The notes: generated by a model from the sequence alone, not told the origin. A stretch of 64,000 nucleotides of DNA from Candidatus Omnitrophota bacterium (GCA_015494465.1 WGBD01000001.1:244477-308476), one strand, 5' to 3'; positions 54,788-64,000 are shown, counted from the stretch's first letter. Program-made: numbers and translations.

Positions 54788-55629
54788 TTCCCCAACCAGG
54801 ATAAAAATCTATCCAGCCAACTCTGGGGCATCGGTTTGTCCTCAAACGACGCGATAAGATCCTGGGCTATCTTCTTTACCAGCTTTCCCGCAGGAGAAAA
54901 CGGATACTCAAGGATAAACGGTGTGCGTCTCAACACCGACATCACCACCACATCGTCCTTAACTATGTAACCCGCATAGCCTATGTGCATGTTGAGAAAC
55001 TGCCTGCTCACCATTGCAATCCTCTCGTAAATCTCGTCCGCCTCCCGTTTGTTGGTGGCCATGTTCACCAACAAACGCACATCTTGGGTGGGCGCCCTCT
55101 GGGAGATTACCTTTATCATAGCGTAGGCATCGGTTACCGCAGTGGGTTCCGGGGTGGTAACTATGATGGAGACGTCGGTAGAGAGCACGAAATTCAAGAC
55201 ATTCTTGTTAATACCAGCACTGGTATCTATGAGTATATAGTCCGCCATCTGTTGAAGAGATGCCAATTCCTCCAGGATGTAGTGCCTCTCTTTGGAATCC
55301 ACATTCGCTAACTTGGTTATCCCCGAGGCCCCAGGGACTATCTTGATTCCTCCTGGGCCCTCTACGATGATATCCTCTAGCCGTTTGTACTTTTCCAAAA
55401 CATGATAGAGATTGAACTTGGGATTTATGTTCAAAAGCACATCCACATTTGCCAATCCAAGGTCTGCATCCACTATCACGACCTCTTTACCCAATCGTTT
55501 CATGGCGATGGCGAGGTTTACTACCACGTTCGTCTTCCCCACACCCCCCTTTCCGCTGGTAATGCTTATGGAGCGGGCTGGTGCTAAGGCAGAGACCAAC
55601 TCACGCAATCTTTGTGCCTGATCCGACAT
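54784..55629 (-). CDS. flhG: Flagellar number regulator FlhG/FleN
   Basis: MSDQA..LR, SGKGGVGKTN, DADLGLAN, IDT.AG, TPEPTA.TDAY. Confidence 0.95.
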   Translation of the reverse strand: MSDQAQRLRELVSALAPARSISITSGKGGVGKTNVVVNLAIAMKRLGKEVVIVDADLGLANVDVLLNINPKFNLYHVLEKYKRLEDIIVEGPGGIKIVPGASGITKLANVDSKERHYILEELASLQQMADYILIDTSAGINKNVLNFVLSTDVSIIVTTPEPTAVTDAYAMIKVISQRAPTQDVRLLVNMATNKREADEIYERIAMVSRQFLNMHIGYAGYIVKDDVVVMSVLRRTPFILEYPFSPAGKLVKKIAQDLIASFEDKPMPQSWLDRFLSWLGK

Positions 55630-56770
55630 ATTCTAGAAGCGCCTCCTCCAATCGCATAGCCATACCGCGTCCGTTTAACTCTTCGATGTCATCGGGAACG
55701 GATTGCCCAATAGTGAGATAAGATATGGGTTTTTCGGTCCAATAAGGGCCGTTTAGTATTATCCCCGGGGTCAAGGTCTCGTCCATCTTGGTAAATATTA
55801 TCTTGTCAAACCTTACCTCTCTAAACTTCTCCACTACCTCCTTCAGCGTGCGTAGGCTACTGGTGGCGCTGAGCACCAGGTGCACCTCGTCCGCATTGAG
55901 GGCATTCAAGAAGGCCCTCAGCTCAGACATCTGCATCTCATTGCGTTGGCTGCGGCCAGCAGTGTCCACGAATATGATATCCCTATCCGCCAGTCTCCTT
56001 AAGGCACCGGGCACATCCTGAGGTGAGACCACCACCTCTATGGGCAGTCTCATTATCTCGGCGTAGGTCCTCAACTGATCCACCGCAGCGATCCTAAAGG
56101 TATCCACCGTCAACAGTCCCACCTTCTTTCCCCGCAAGAGGGCATACCTTGCTGCCAACTTGGCAATGGTAGTGGTCTTACCCACCCCGGTCGGCCCTAC
56201 CAACACCACCTTGTAAGCCGAGTCCGCCTTGAAGACCGGGGAGCCCTCTCCAAGGAACTTCTCTATCGTCTGGGCTAGTCCTCGAACTACCCCCCTGTCA
56301 TCCTCAAACCCTTGGAGAGAGGACACAACCTCCTCCGCGAGCTCTGGATCTACTTCCTGGTCCAGTAAAAAGTTATATACCCTGTCGTGGACACCCTCAA
56401 ACCTTCCAAACGACCTGCTCCTTTGGAGGAGTTTAGAGGTCATGTCCCGCAACTCTTCTAATTCCCGTCGGATAACCTCGAGATGTTTGGGGACTTGTAA
56501 TGTAGGATTGGCGGTATAGAAATCCATCTCCGCGTTTTGGCTATAAACCCGTAGATGCCTAGGGGTAGGTCTGGTTAGTGAGCTCCGATCCAATATTCGC
56601 ACATCTGCAGAGGCGGTTATCTCCACCAGTTCCCGTTTCCTCCAAAACCGCCAGCCATCCCGCTGATAATAGGTCCTGGTATGCAGGATAACCGCATCCT
56701 CACCCAATTCCCTGCGAATGCGGTTCAACACCTCCCGCATGCTGGTTCCCCTGAACTTCCTTATGTCCAT
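55601..56770 (-). CDS. flhF: SRP-family GTPase FlhF
   Basis: LG.DAVIL, GPTGVGKTTTIAKLAA, DTFRIAA, DTAGRS, TKMDE, GQSVPDDI. Confidence 0.96.
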   Translation of the reverse strand: MDIRKFRGTSMREVLNRIRRELGEDAVILHTRTYYQRDGWRFWRKRELVEITASADVRILDRSSLTRPTPRHLRVYSQNAEMDFYTANPTLQVPKHLEVIRRELEELRDMTSKLLQRSRSFGRFEGVHDRVYNFLLDQEVDPELAEEVVSSLQGFEDDRGVVRGLAQTIEKFLGEGSPVFKADSAYKVVLVGPTGVGKTTTIAKLAARYALLRGKKVGLLTVDTFRIAAVDQLRTYAEIMRLPIEVVVSPQDVPGALRRLADRDIIFVDTAGRSQRNEMQMSELRAFLNALNADEVHLVLSATSSLRTLKEVVEKFREVRFDKIIFTKMDETLTPGIILNGPYWTEKPISYLTIGQSVPDDIEELNGRGMAMRLEEALLEYVGSGTKIA

Positions 56771-56771
56771 A

Positions 56772-58871
56772 TCAGAACCCCACCACCTCTTCGGTTACCA
56801 ATGAGATCCCTGATACAACCTCGTTATAGGACATCACCGGCAGATACGGAAGTTCCCTCTCTATAAACCTGCGCACGTACGGTCTGATCTGGGGATTCAC
56901 CAACAACACCGGACTGATACCCCGGTTGACCACCCTCTCGTAGGCCTCCTTTATCGCCGACAGTATCCTCTGCCCCTGATCCGGAGGCAGTATGAGATAA
57001 CTCTCCAGTTCCCCCCTCTTTATCCCCGACTTAAACACTTCCTCCAACTCCGGGGCCAGACTTATACAATGCAACTTCCCATCTTCCTCGAGATAAAGAT
57101 GGGATATCGTCCTGCTCAAGGCAAACCTCACGTACTCGGTCAGGACATCAATGTCTTTTATCTTCGCACCGTAATCGCCCAGCGTCTCCAATATGGTAAC
57201 CATGTCCTTTATAGGGATCCTCTCCCTCAGGAGGTTCTGCAGGACCTTCTGCAACTCGGATATGCTCACCACACCGGGGACGACCTCATCGACCACCGCA
57301 GAATACCTCTTCTTCACCGCATCTAAGAGGTCCTTTACCGCCTGCCGGGTGAGGAGTTCGTAGGCGTAGGTCTTTATGGTCTCCGCAAGGTGCGTGCTGA
57401 TAACCGTAGAGGCGTCCACGACGGTATAGCCGTTCCTCTCCGCATTCGCCACCTCATCCCCAGTAATCCAATAAGCAGGCAACCCAAAAGTCGGCTCCGT
57501 GGTAGGCTCCCCAGAGATAGAGACCGTGGCAACGCCCGGATTCATCGCCAGAAAGTACCCCGGTTTCACCTCGCCCCTGGCGACCTCAACCCCCTTCAAC
57601 TTTATAACATACTCGTTGGGAGACAGGTGTACATTATCCCTGACCCTCACCGGAGGGACCACCAACCCCAGTTCCTGGCTCACCTGCCTGCGAACTGCGG
57701 TTATCCGGGAAAGGAGATCCCCACCCTTACTCTCGTCCGCAAGGGGGATCAGGCCATAGCCTATGTCCAACTCCAGCATATCGGTCTCCAAAACGTCCTC
57801 GTAACTCGTCTCCAGCCCGCCCTCAGGCTCAGGCCCTTCCTCTTCTCTTCTCTCCGGAGATACACCAGATCCTTCCACTACACCGGCCCCTGCCACCGCC
57901 AGGCCTCTTTCCTCTGCCTGCCTCACCAAGAGGGCCCCTATAAATCCGATCCCCGCTGCCATCAGGAGAAACGGGACCTTAGGCAGGCCCGGTATCATAG
58001 CGAAGAAGAGCAACAAACCCGAGGCAATGAATATGGCCCGGGGAGAGGAGAACAGCTGCATGGCCACCTCAAGTCCCATATTCCTCTCCGAGGCCGCCCG
58101 GCTGACGATGATACCCGCTGCAGTGGATATCAGCAGGGCCGGGATCTGGGTAACCAACCCATCGCCCACCGTGAGCAGGGTATAGGTGCGCGCTGCCTCT
58201 ACCGCAGGCATATGCTTCTGGAATATACCGATAACGAAACCACCTATTATGTTTATCAGTGTGATTATCACACCTGCGATCGCATCTCCCCGCACGAACT
58301 TGCTGGCACCGTCCATCGCCCCGTAGAAGTCCGCCTCTTGGGCGATCCTCTGGCGCCTGCGCATAGCCTCCTTCTCGTCTATCAGGCCCGCATTAAGGTC
58401 CGCATCTATTGCCATCTGCTTACCGGGCATGGCGTCCAAGGTGAACCTCGCTGCCACCTCAGCGATCCTCTGGGCACCGCGGGTTATCACCACGAACTGG
58501 ATGACCACCAATATGCAGAACACTACGATGCCGACGACGTAATTCCCCCCCACCACGAAGTTCCCGAAGGCCTTAATCACCTTCCCGTCAAAGGCATTCC
58601 CCTGCAAAAGTATGAGCCGGGTGGAGGCCACGTTCAGCGAGAGACGGAATAAGGTGGCCACCAACAACAGAGAAGGGAAGGAGGAGAAATCCAACGGCTC
58701 CTTTATGTAGATGGAGACCAAGAGTATTATTACCGCCAAGGAGATGTTCAGCGTAAGCAAGAGGTCCAACAGGAAAAAGGGCAAGGGGATGACCATTATC
58801 ACGATCATCCCTATTATCGCAAGGGCAAAGATGATGTCGCTGTTCTTCAAAAACCGCTCCATATCGGGCAT
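56772..58871 (-). CDS. flhA: Flagellar export protein FlhA
   Basis: RIAEVAARFTLDAMPGKQMAIDADL, FYGAMDGASKFVRGDA, GDGLV.QIP. Confidence 0.98.
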   Translation of the reverse strand: MPDMERFLKNSDIIFALAIIGMIVIMVIPLPFFLLDLLLTLNISLAVIILLVSIYIKEPLDFSSFPSLLLVATLFRLSLNVASTRLILLQGNAFDGKVIKAFGNFVVGGNYVVGIVVFCILVVIQFVVITRGAQRIAEVAARFTLDAMPGKQMAIDADLNAGLIDEKEAMRRRQRIAQEADFYGAMDGASKFVRGDAIAGVIITLINIIGGFVIGIFQKHMPAVEAARTYTLLTVGDGLVTQIPALLISTAAGIIVSRAASERNMGLEVAMQLFSSPRAIFIASGLLLFFAMIPGLPKVPFLLMAAGIGFIGALLVRQAEERGLAVAGAGVVEGSGVSPERREEEGPEPEGGLETSYEDVLETDMLELDIGYGLIPLADESKGGDLLSRITAVRRQVSQELGLVVPPVRVRDNVHLSPNEYVIKLKGVEVARGEVKPGYFLAMNPGVATVSISGEPTTEPTFGLPAYWITGDEVANAERNGYTVVDASTVISTHLAETIKTYAYELLTRQAVKDLLDAVKKRYSAVVDEVVPGVVSISELQKVLQNLLRERIPIKDMVTILETLGDYGAKIKDIDVLTEYVRFALSRTISHLYLEEDGKLHCISLAPELEEVFKSGIKRGELESYLILPPDQGQRILSAIKEAYERVVNRGISPVLLVNPQIRPYVRRFIERELPYLPVMSYNEVVSGISLVTEEVVGF

Positions 58872-59938
58872 CAGACCACCACCTTACGCTTCAAACGATA
58901 GACGTAGGCCAACACCTCCGCTACTGCCCGGTATAGTTTCTCCGGGATAGGTTCGCCCACCTCCACCATCCGGTATATGCTCCGGGCAAGCACGGGATTT
59001 TCCACGATAGGCACACCGTGAGCGATGGCTATCTCCTTTATCCTCTCCGCAAGCAAACGCATCCCCTTGGCCACTAACACCGGTGCACTGTCCTTCTCCG
59101 GATCGTACCGCAATGCCACCGCAATGTGGGTGGGGTTGGTGATCACCACATCCGCCTTCTCCACCTCCTTCATCATCCTCTGTCTGGCAAGCTCCCTCTG
59201 GACCCTGCGGATGCGGGCCCGTATCTGGGGATCACCCTCCATCTGCTTCAATTCCTCTTTCAACTCCTCTTTGGTCATCATCAGTGACCGCTCGTATTCC
59301 CAGCGGTTGTATCCGTAATCCAGGACTGCCAGGACGAGCAAAAACAACAATATCTTCATAGATATCCTGAAGATTAACAAGGCCCACCACGCCAGTGAGG
59401 CGAACAAAGGCACGTCCACTATCTCCACAAAGGTCGGCAGTTCCTTAGCCAGGGCCGAATAGACTATCCAGCCCACTACCACGACCTTAGCCAGATTCAC
59501 CAGCGTCTGAACTAGGGTCCGGGCAGAAAACAGGCGCTTGAACCCCTCCACAGGATTCAACCTGTCCAGCCTGGGAATCAATGGATATCCCGTGACCAAT
59601 ACCCCCACCTGCAACACGTTAACAGCGACACCTAACCCTATCGCCAGCAAAAAGATAGGTCCCAACCCTTTTATTATATACGCAAATAACTTCATTGTAT
59701 AGACGTAGACCTGGTCCAAGGTAAGATCCAGACGAAAATCCGACCAGACCAAATAGAACAGGGACTTCAAATCTCCCACAAATATCGGGACGTAAAACCT
59801 AAAGAACAACAATATCCCCATCATCAGGAGCACACCGTTAAGGTCGTTGCTCCTGGCCACCTGCCCCCGCTCCCGGGCCTGCTGGCGCCTGCGCGGTGTC
59901 GGGGGTTCTGTGCGGGCTGAGCGATCGTCCTCAGGCAT
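58871..59938 (-). CDS. flhB: Flagellar export switch protein FlhB
   Basis: RTEPPT.RR, EGDP, VITNPTH autocleavage motif, AVAEVLA. Confidence 0.97.
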   Translation of the reverse strand: MPEDDRSARTEPPTPRRRQQARERGQVARSNDLNGVLLMMGILLFFRFYVPIFVGDLKSLFYLVWSDFRLDLTLDQVYVYTMKLFAYIIKGLGPIFLLAIGLGVAVNVLQVGVLVTGYPLIPRLDRLNPVEGFKRLFSARTLVQTLVNLAKVVVVGWIVYSALAKELPTFVEIVDVPLFASLAWWALLIFRISMKILLFLLVLAVLDYGYNRWEYERSLMMTKEELKEELKQMEGDPQIRARIRRVQRELARQRMMKEVEKADVVITNPTHIAVALRYDPEKDSAPVLVAKGMRLLAERIKEIAIAHGVPIVENPVLARSIYRMVEVGEPIPEKLYRAVAEVLAYVYRLKRKVVV

Positions 59939-59942
59939 ATCC

Positions 59943-60719
59943 CTATCCCGTTACGAACCTAAACCACAAGCCAAAGTGATTGAACAACAGGACCCTTGAG
60001 ACCCCGGCGAACAGAGGGGTCATAGCAAACAGGACCAATATCCCCACCAGTATCTGAACCGGTATCCCCACGATAAAGATGTTCATCTGGGGGATCAATC
60101 GGGTGATGAGCCCCAAGGATATCATCACGAACAACAGGGTAAACATAATAGGTGCCCCCAGTTGGGCGCTGACCAGAAACAGATTCCCCACCAGTATAGA
60201 CAGATCCCCCACCTTCTCCGGGGACAAGAAAGAGCCCAACGAGATCGGCAGATGGACGAAACTGTCCCTTAGACCCTTCAGAAGAAGAAGGTGCATATCC
60301 GAGAGGAAGAAGACTACCATAGCGGTCCAAAAGAGGATACCGCTCACCACTGATTGGCGGTTTGCACTCACCGGATCAAACACATTGGCAATCGCCAATC
60401 CCATCTGATAACCCGCTATCTGCCCGGCCAACTGGACCGCAAAAAACACCAAAGAGGCAAGGAAACCCATAGCCAAACCTACCAACAACTCACAACCACC
60501 CCAGAAGATAAGACCCGCAACCGTCTGGGGAACGCCTCCTGCCAACCTCAGCGAAGGGAATATCGCCACGCTGAACACCAAGGCGAGCATAAACCTTATC
60601 TGCACCGGGACATTCCTGTCCCCCAAAAACGGGGCACTGAACACGAACCCGGTGATGCGCAGAAGGACCAGCAAGAAAAAGAATGCCTGCTTGAGCGAGT
60701 AATTGAGGATATCAAACAT
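59943..60719 (-). CDS. fliR: Flagellar export gate protein FliR
   Basis: R..G....APF, AG.....QMG....N.FDP, R..PQMNIF.VG.P. Confidence 0.95.
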   Translation of the reverse strand: MFDILNYSLKQAFFFLLVLLRITGFVFSAPFLGDRNVPVQIRFMLALVFSVAIFPSLRLAGGVPQTVAGLIFWGGCELLVGLAMGFLASLVFFAVQLAGQIAGYQMGLAIANVFDPVSANRQSVVSGILFWTAMVVFFLSDMHLLLLKGLRDSFVHLPISLGSFLSPEKVGDLSILVGNLFLVSAQLGAPIMFTLLFVMISLGLITRLIPQMNIFIVGIPVQILVGILVLFAMTPLFAGVSRVLLFNHFGLWFRFVTG

Positions 60720-60984
60720 TCACCACTTCCGGTATAAGAGAGAACACACTCACCGTAAACCCGACGATGATGTTCAGGAACCACGGGAGCAACAGGGCAA
60801 CCAAGAGCATCACCGCCAGTATCTTCGGCACGAAGGTAAGGGTCATCTCGTGTATCTGGGTAACCGCCTGAAATATGCTCACCAAGAGTCCCACCACCAG
60901 ACTACCCAAGAGAAGGGGCCCGGCAATCATAAACCCCACCCACAATCCTTTGCGCAAGACCTCTACCGCCAGATCCGGCCCCAT
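60712..60984 (-). CDS. fliQ: Flagellar export gate protein FliQ
   Basis: VGLLVSIFQAVTQIHEMTLTFVPKI. Confidence 0.97.
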   Translation of the reverse strand: MGPDLAVEVLRKGLWVGFMIAGPLLLGSLVVGLLVSIFQAVTQIHEMTLTFVPKILAVMLLVALLLPWFLNIIVGFTVSVFSLIPEVVNV

Positions 60985-60997
60985 CTTCTTCGCCCCT

Positions 60998-62905
60998 TCA
61001 ATTTATCTCCAACTCCAGTTCCACGTCCTTATCCAAGGCCAACTTCTCCTCTTCCAACAGGAGTTGAGATATCGCATCTGCACAGGAATAGACCCTCCTG
61101 CCCTTGTGCCACCCCACTGAAGAGCAGTTTATCTGCTGTAGGGCCTCTATAACCACCTTCCGGGGCGCCCCTGCAGAGAAGAGCAGGGACAAGGTCTTCC
61201 CCAAGGCCTCCAGATGGGAGGCCACACACCCCCCTGCCTTCTCCAGACGCAGGAGGACCTCTCTGACCTTCCCGTCACCATCCTGATTTATTGTGACCAA
61301 AAGGGGTCCGCAGGCGGTCTGCACCTTTACCGTCCGCCCCAACAGGACCTCCGGCCTCTTGGACATACCAGTCCAGTCCAAGCGATCGCCTGCCAACGAG
61401 ACCTCCCGCGGAGAAGATTCTCCAACCCCGGAGACGAGCTGCCCCTGTCCCTTCTCCGAGGCCATGGGGAGGGCCAAAACGCCCGCCCCGCCAAACAGGG
61501 AGGCCTTCCACAGGGAATTAGCGAAATCCTTCCCTTCTACCCGCACCCCTTCCACTATACCGTCCCAGTACTCCTGAAACCTTGCCTGATGGCGCAGTTT
61601 CCAATCCTCGGGCACATCCCCATACACCACGAATACCGTCTTCACGTCGTCGGGCACGAACTCTGCGGACTGCAAGGAGCCCTCTCTCAAGAGGAGTTCC
61701 TTAAATTCCTCGGAGAAGAAGTTCCTCTGGCGGGCAATCTCGTCCAGACAGGGGATAACTCCTCCCTCTTCCGTCAGGGTCCGTCGGGGCATAATCCGGG
61801 CCCCACCAGTCAGGACCGAGACATTCCTCCGCTTCAATCCCTCCTTCTCCAACCAACTAAACCGATAGGCAGGGAACACACCCCTTTCTTTAGCCAATTC
61901 CCAAGATGCAGTGTCGGTCTTCTCTTTGAGGAACCTGGCCACCTTTGCACCCAATTCCACCGCCGAATCTGAGGCATAAGACAGGCCCAAGGAGAACAAC
62001 AACTCCGACCAGCCCGCAACTGCCACCGAAACCCGCCTCAACCTGCGGGTAACCTCGTAGACCTCCCTCATCGGGAAATTACACAGGTCTATAAGATCAT
62101 CCGCTAGACGGACCGCGTGGACGACCCTATCTCCCAACCTCTCCCAATCCACCTCCCGAATACGCCCTTTCGCCCTGACGAACCGGTTGAGATTTATAAT
62201 CACCGTGGGGACTGCCTCTCCCGGGCTTAAGAGGTATCCGTCGTCGGAGACCACCCGCCGGTGCCCCAGGCCCGGCACCTCCTCAGTACGAATCGCATCC
62301 TCCAGTACAAATCTCACCAAGGCACCTCTTGCCCGAACCGCGTTTATAAGTCCCACCATCTCCTCCGCAGAGACCTCCGTCCTGCTGGTGAGGTCCTCTC
62401 CCGCCAGTTCTATCTGTCCCCTTTCCCGCAAGGAGGACAAAGCCTGCATAGAGACGAAGACATTCAGGCAGAGGAAATCCAGTTCCTCGAAGTGAGACGC
62501 CACTCGCAACAACTTCAGAGTGGAGGAGGAATTCATGGCCACCGACAAACCTATACGGTTCCAATCCAAGATAGTGGCCTTGAGGAGCATCAGGAACGAC
62601 CTCCACTCCGCCCGAGAGAAGGCCACCGAAGACAGATCCACCCCCGGATGCAACTTCCACCGCTTAAACCGCACGATGGACTTCATCAGGTCGTAGACCG
62701 AGACGAAATCCCCCGGCGTAGGAAAGGCAATGTGGGAAACCGGCAGTTCCGAGACCTCAACGTGCAGGGCCTGTTCGGGAAGAGACACCTCCTGATTGGA
62801 TATCATCTCCTCCCATATCCCCAACTGGCGCCGGATGTCCACTATACTACGGCCATAACGCTTCTCTACGGACGACAATATCTGGAGAAAGGACTTGAGT
62901 TCCAC
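60998..62905 (-). CDS. Catalytically degenerate class II (NrdJ-like) ribonucleotide reductase homologue with C-terminal TSCPD domain
   Basis: INL..FV, DW.RL...V..AVR..D..ID...FP, LG..Y.S..A, AS.ELAKERG.FP, RN; C-terminal TACG.L.VTIN, KAGGC, SCADAI; active-site motifs absent. Confidence 0.8.
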   Translation of the reverse strand: MELKSFLQILSSVEKRYGRSIVDIRRQLGIWEEMISNQEVSLPEQALHVEVSELPVSHIAFPTPGDFVSVYDLMKSIVRFKRWKLHPGVDLSSVAFSRAEWRSFLMLLKATILDWNRIGLSVAMNSSSTLKLLRVASHFEELDFLCLNVFVSMQALSSLRERGQIELAGEDLTSRTEVSAEEMVGLINAVRARGALVRFVLEDAIRTEEVPGLGHRRVVSDDGYLLSPGEAVPTVIINLNRFVRAKGRIREVDWERLGDRVVHAVRLADDLIDLCNFPMREVYEVTRRLRRVSVAVAGWSELLFSLGLSYASDSAVELGAKVARFLKEKTDTASWELAKERGVFPAYRFSWLEKEGLKRRNVSVLTGGARIMPRRTLTEEGGVIPCLDEIARQRNFFSEEFKELLLREGSLQSAEFVPDDVKTVFVVYGDVPEDWKLRHQARFQEYWDGIVEGVRVEGKDFANSLWKASLFGGAGVLALPMASEKGQGQLVSGVGESSPREVSLAGDRLDWTGMSKRPEVLLGRTVKVQTACGPLLVTINQDGDGKVREVLLRLEKAGGCVASHLEALGKTLSLLFSAGAPRKVVIEALQQINCSSVGWHKGRRVYSCADAISQLLLEEEKLALDKDVELELEIN

Positions 62906-62933
62906 CTATTTCGTCCCCCTGCCTAGTTAGGCT

Positions 62934-62942
62934 ATTTTAACA
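62934..62942 (-). promoter_or_regulatory. Extended -10 promoter heading the NrdJ-like/fliQ operon
   Basis: TG-T-TAAAAT on the minus strand about 30 nt upstream of GTG 62905; SD AGGGGG. Confidence 0.5.
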
Positions 62943-62953
62943 CAGACAGGAGA

Positions 62954-63604
62954 TTACTTAAACACTTCTCCTGTCGCCCTGTACCAGAAGACAAAGTCCA
63001 ATTCGTCCATCGGGATACGAATCTGGGCGGAGAAGTCCCGCATCCTGGCCTCTATCTCCAGGTATGCTTTCCTACCCAATGCCTTGGGAATGGAGTCAAT
63101 TACCCCCAAGTCCATCAACGACCGCAAGATGTGCCTGTCCAGTATACCTATGTCCCTGCCCAGACCTATGTTCCTCAAGAAGTGGCTGGCCTCCTTGTAG
63201 CCGTAGCCCTTTATCTCCTTTACCAGGAAGTCCCTCAGGGCCTTTACATCCTCTCCCCGAGAAAAGACTTCGCTAAGCTCGGGCTTATTCCCTCTTACGA
63301 ACCTCCTCTGGGCCAATGCCACATACCTGGCCTTGTTGTTGTGGAACCGCACCCCGGAAAGGTGCCGGGCTATTTCCTCCTCCTTACCCCCCAACAACAA
63401 ACCGCACCTCTCCAGTTCTTCTACCGCAGACCATCCCGCCTTCGCCTTGGATTGAGGGGTGAGGAGACAAAAGACCAACTCCTTAAAGGCCCGATAATGA
63501 TCCTTTCCCTCCCATATTGAGCGGAACTCCTCCAAACGATCCCTTAGGTGCCGACGAATCCCCCGATGGATGGAGACTATGTCTTTAATCCTTCCCTCGT
63601 TCAT
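62954..63604 (-). CDS. ogg: 8-oxoguanine N-glycosylase/DNA lyase (Ogg2 type, as in archaea and Thermotoga)
   Basis: F.EL.FCLLT, RFHNNKA.Y, IKG.G.KEASHFLRN.G, ILDRHIL. Start set at ATG 63604 (ATGA overlap with the uvrC stop). Confidence 0.9.
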   Translation of the reverse strand: MNEGRIKDIVSIHRGIRRHLRDRLEEFRSIWEGKDHYRAFKELVFCLLTPQSKAKAGWSAVEELERCGLLLGGKEEEIARHLSGVRFHNNKARYVALAQRRFVRGNKPELSEVFSRGEDVKALRDFLVKEIKGYGYKEASHFLRNIGLGRDIGILDRHILRSLMDLGVIDSIPKALGRKAYLEIEARMRDFSAQIRIPMDELDFVFWYRATGEVFK

Positions 63605-64000
63605 CGTCTCTTCGGTATCAGGCCCTTGTGCCTCAACTTGCGGTGATAGGTTATCGCAAATCTGTGGGCCTCGTCGCGCACCGCCTGGAGGAGACGCAAC
63701 CCAGCCGATTCCCTCGGCAGGACAATCGCCCCTCTCCTGCCGGGCAGGTACACCTCCTCCCTCTCCTTCGCCAATGCGACCACATAGATGTCCAGATTGG
63801 TCTCCATCAAGGCCTTCAGTGCCGACTTCAACTGGGCAGGTCCACCGTCTATCAGGAACAGATCCGGTGGCGTGAACTCCCCTCGGGCTATACGCACACA
63901 CCTGCGTTTCACCACCTCGTAGATCATCGCCACATCGTTCACCCCCTCCACCGTCTTTATCCGATACCTGCGATAGTTCTTCTTATCCGGACGACCATCC
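63601..64000 (-). CDS. uvrC: Excinuclease ABC subunit C, 3' portion (RNase H-like domain)
   Basis: P.K..YRRY.IK, ND...I.EV..RR, PDL.LIDGG.AQL, LAK..E, RDEAHRFAI.YHR. Confidence 0.92.
   Translation of the reverse strand, partial: DGRPDKKNYRRYRIKTVEGVNDVAMIYEVVKRRCVRIARGEFTPPDLFLIDGGPAQLKSALKALMETNLDIYVVALAKEREEVYLPGRRGAIVLPRESAGLRLLQAVRDEAHRFAITYHRKLRHKGLIPKRR

Noticed and set aside
57390-58652. 420-aa plus-strand ORF
   Set aside because: Antisense shadow of flhA with H/R/P-rich composition and no motifs. The same applies to most short plus-strand ORFs in the track.
63605-63901. N-terminal 99-aa extension of the Ogg ORF
   Set aside because: Lies within uvrC in another frame; Ogg homology starts at Met 63604.

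Overview
Bacterial chromosomal window, almost all coding and mostly on the minus strand. It holds a flagellar gene set broken into three blocks that are interleaved with housekeeping genes. Block 1 (688-12974) is fliM-fliFGHIJ-motE-like-LysM-fliK-flgD-TIGR02530-flgE-flbD-motA. Block 2 (19726-24099) is motB-motB'-fliL-fliM'-fliN-fliO-fliP. Block 3 (45868-60984) is fliQ-fliR-flhB-flhA-flhF-flhG-PilZ brake-fliA followed by a signalling tail, with an isolated convergent flgM. The interleaved genes include GH57, two pseudopilins, mnmG, asd, pabBC, mrp, a 1783-aa secreted protein, an SLC12-type transporter, purBLQF, ogg and uvrC. The most striking pattern is that the flagellar operons contain several intact genes whose catalytic or functional residues are missing. 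These are a class II ribonucleotide reductase homologue without active-site Cys/Asn/Glu that heads the fliQ..fliA operon, degenerate HD-GYP, histidine kinase and PP2C domains at its tail, a second MotB without the ion-conducting Asp, and a second FliM without the CheY-binding peptide. Two genes are split by -1 frameshifts at homopolymer runs (a thioredoxin-CcdA fusion at A9 and a fibre-like protein near G5), and a structured leader precedes flgE. I found no rRNA, tRNA, CRISPR array or mobile element. All calls come from motif recognition by eye, with no database searches.
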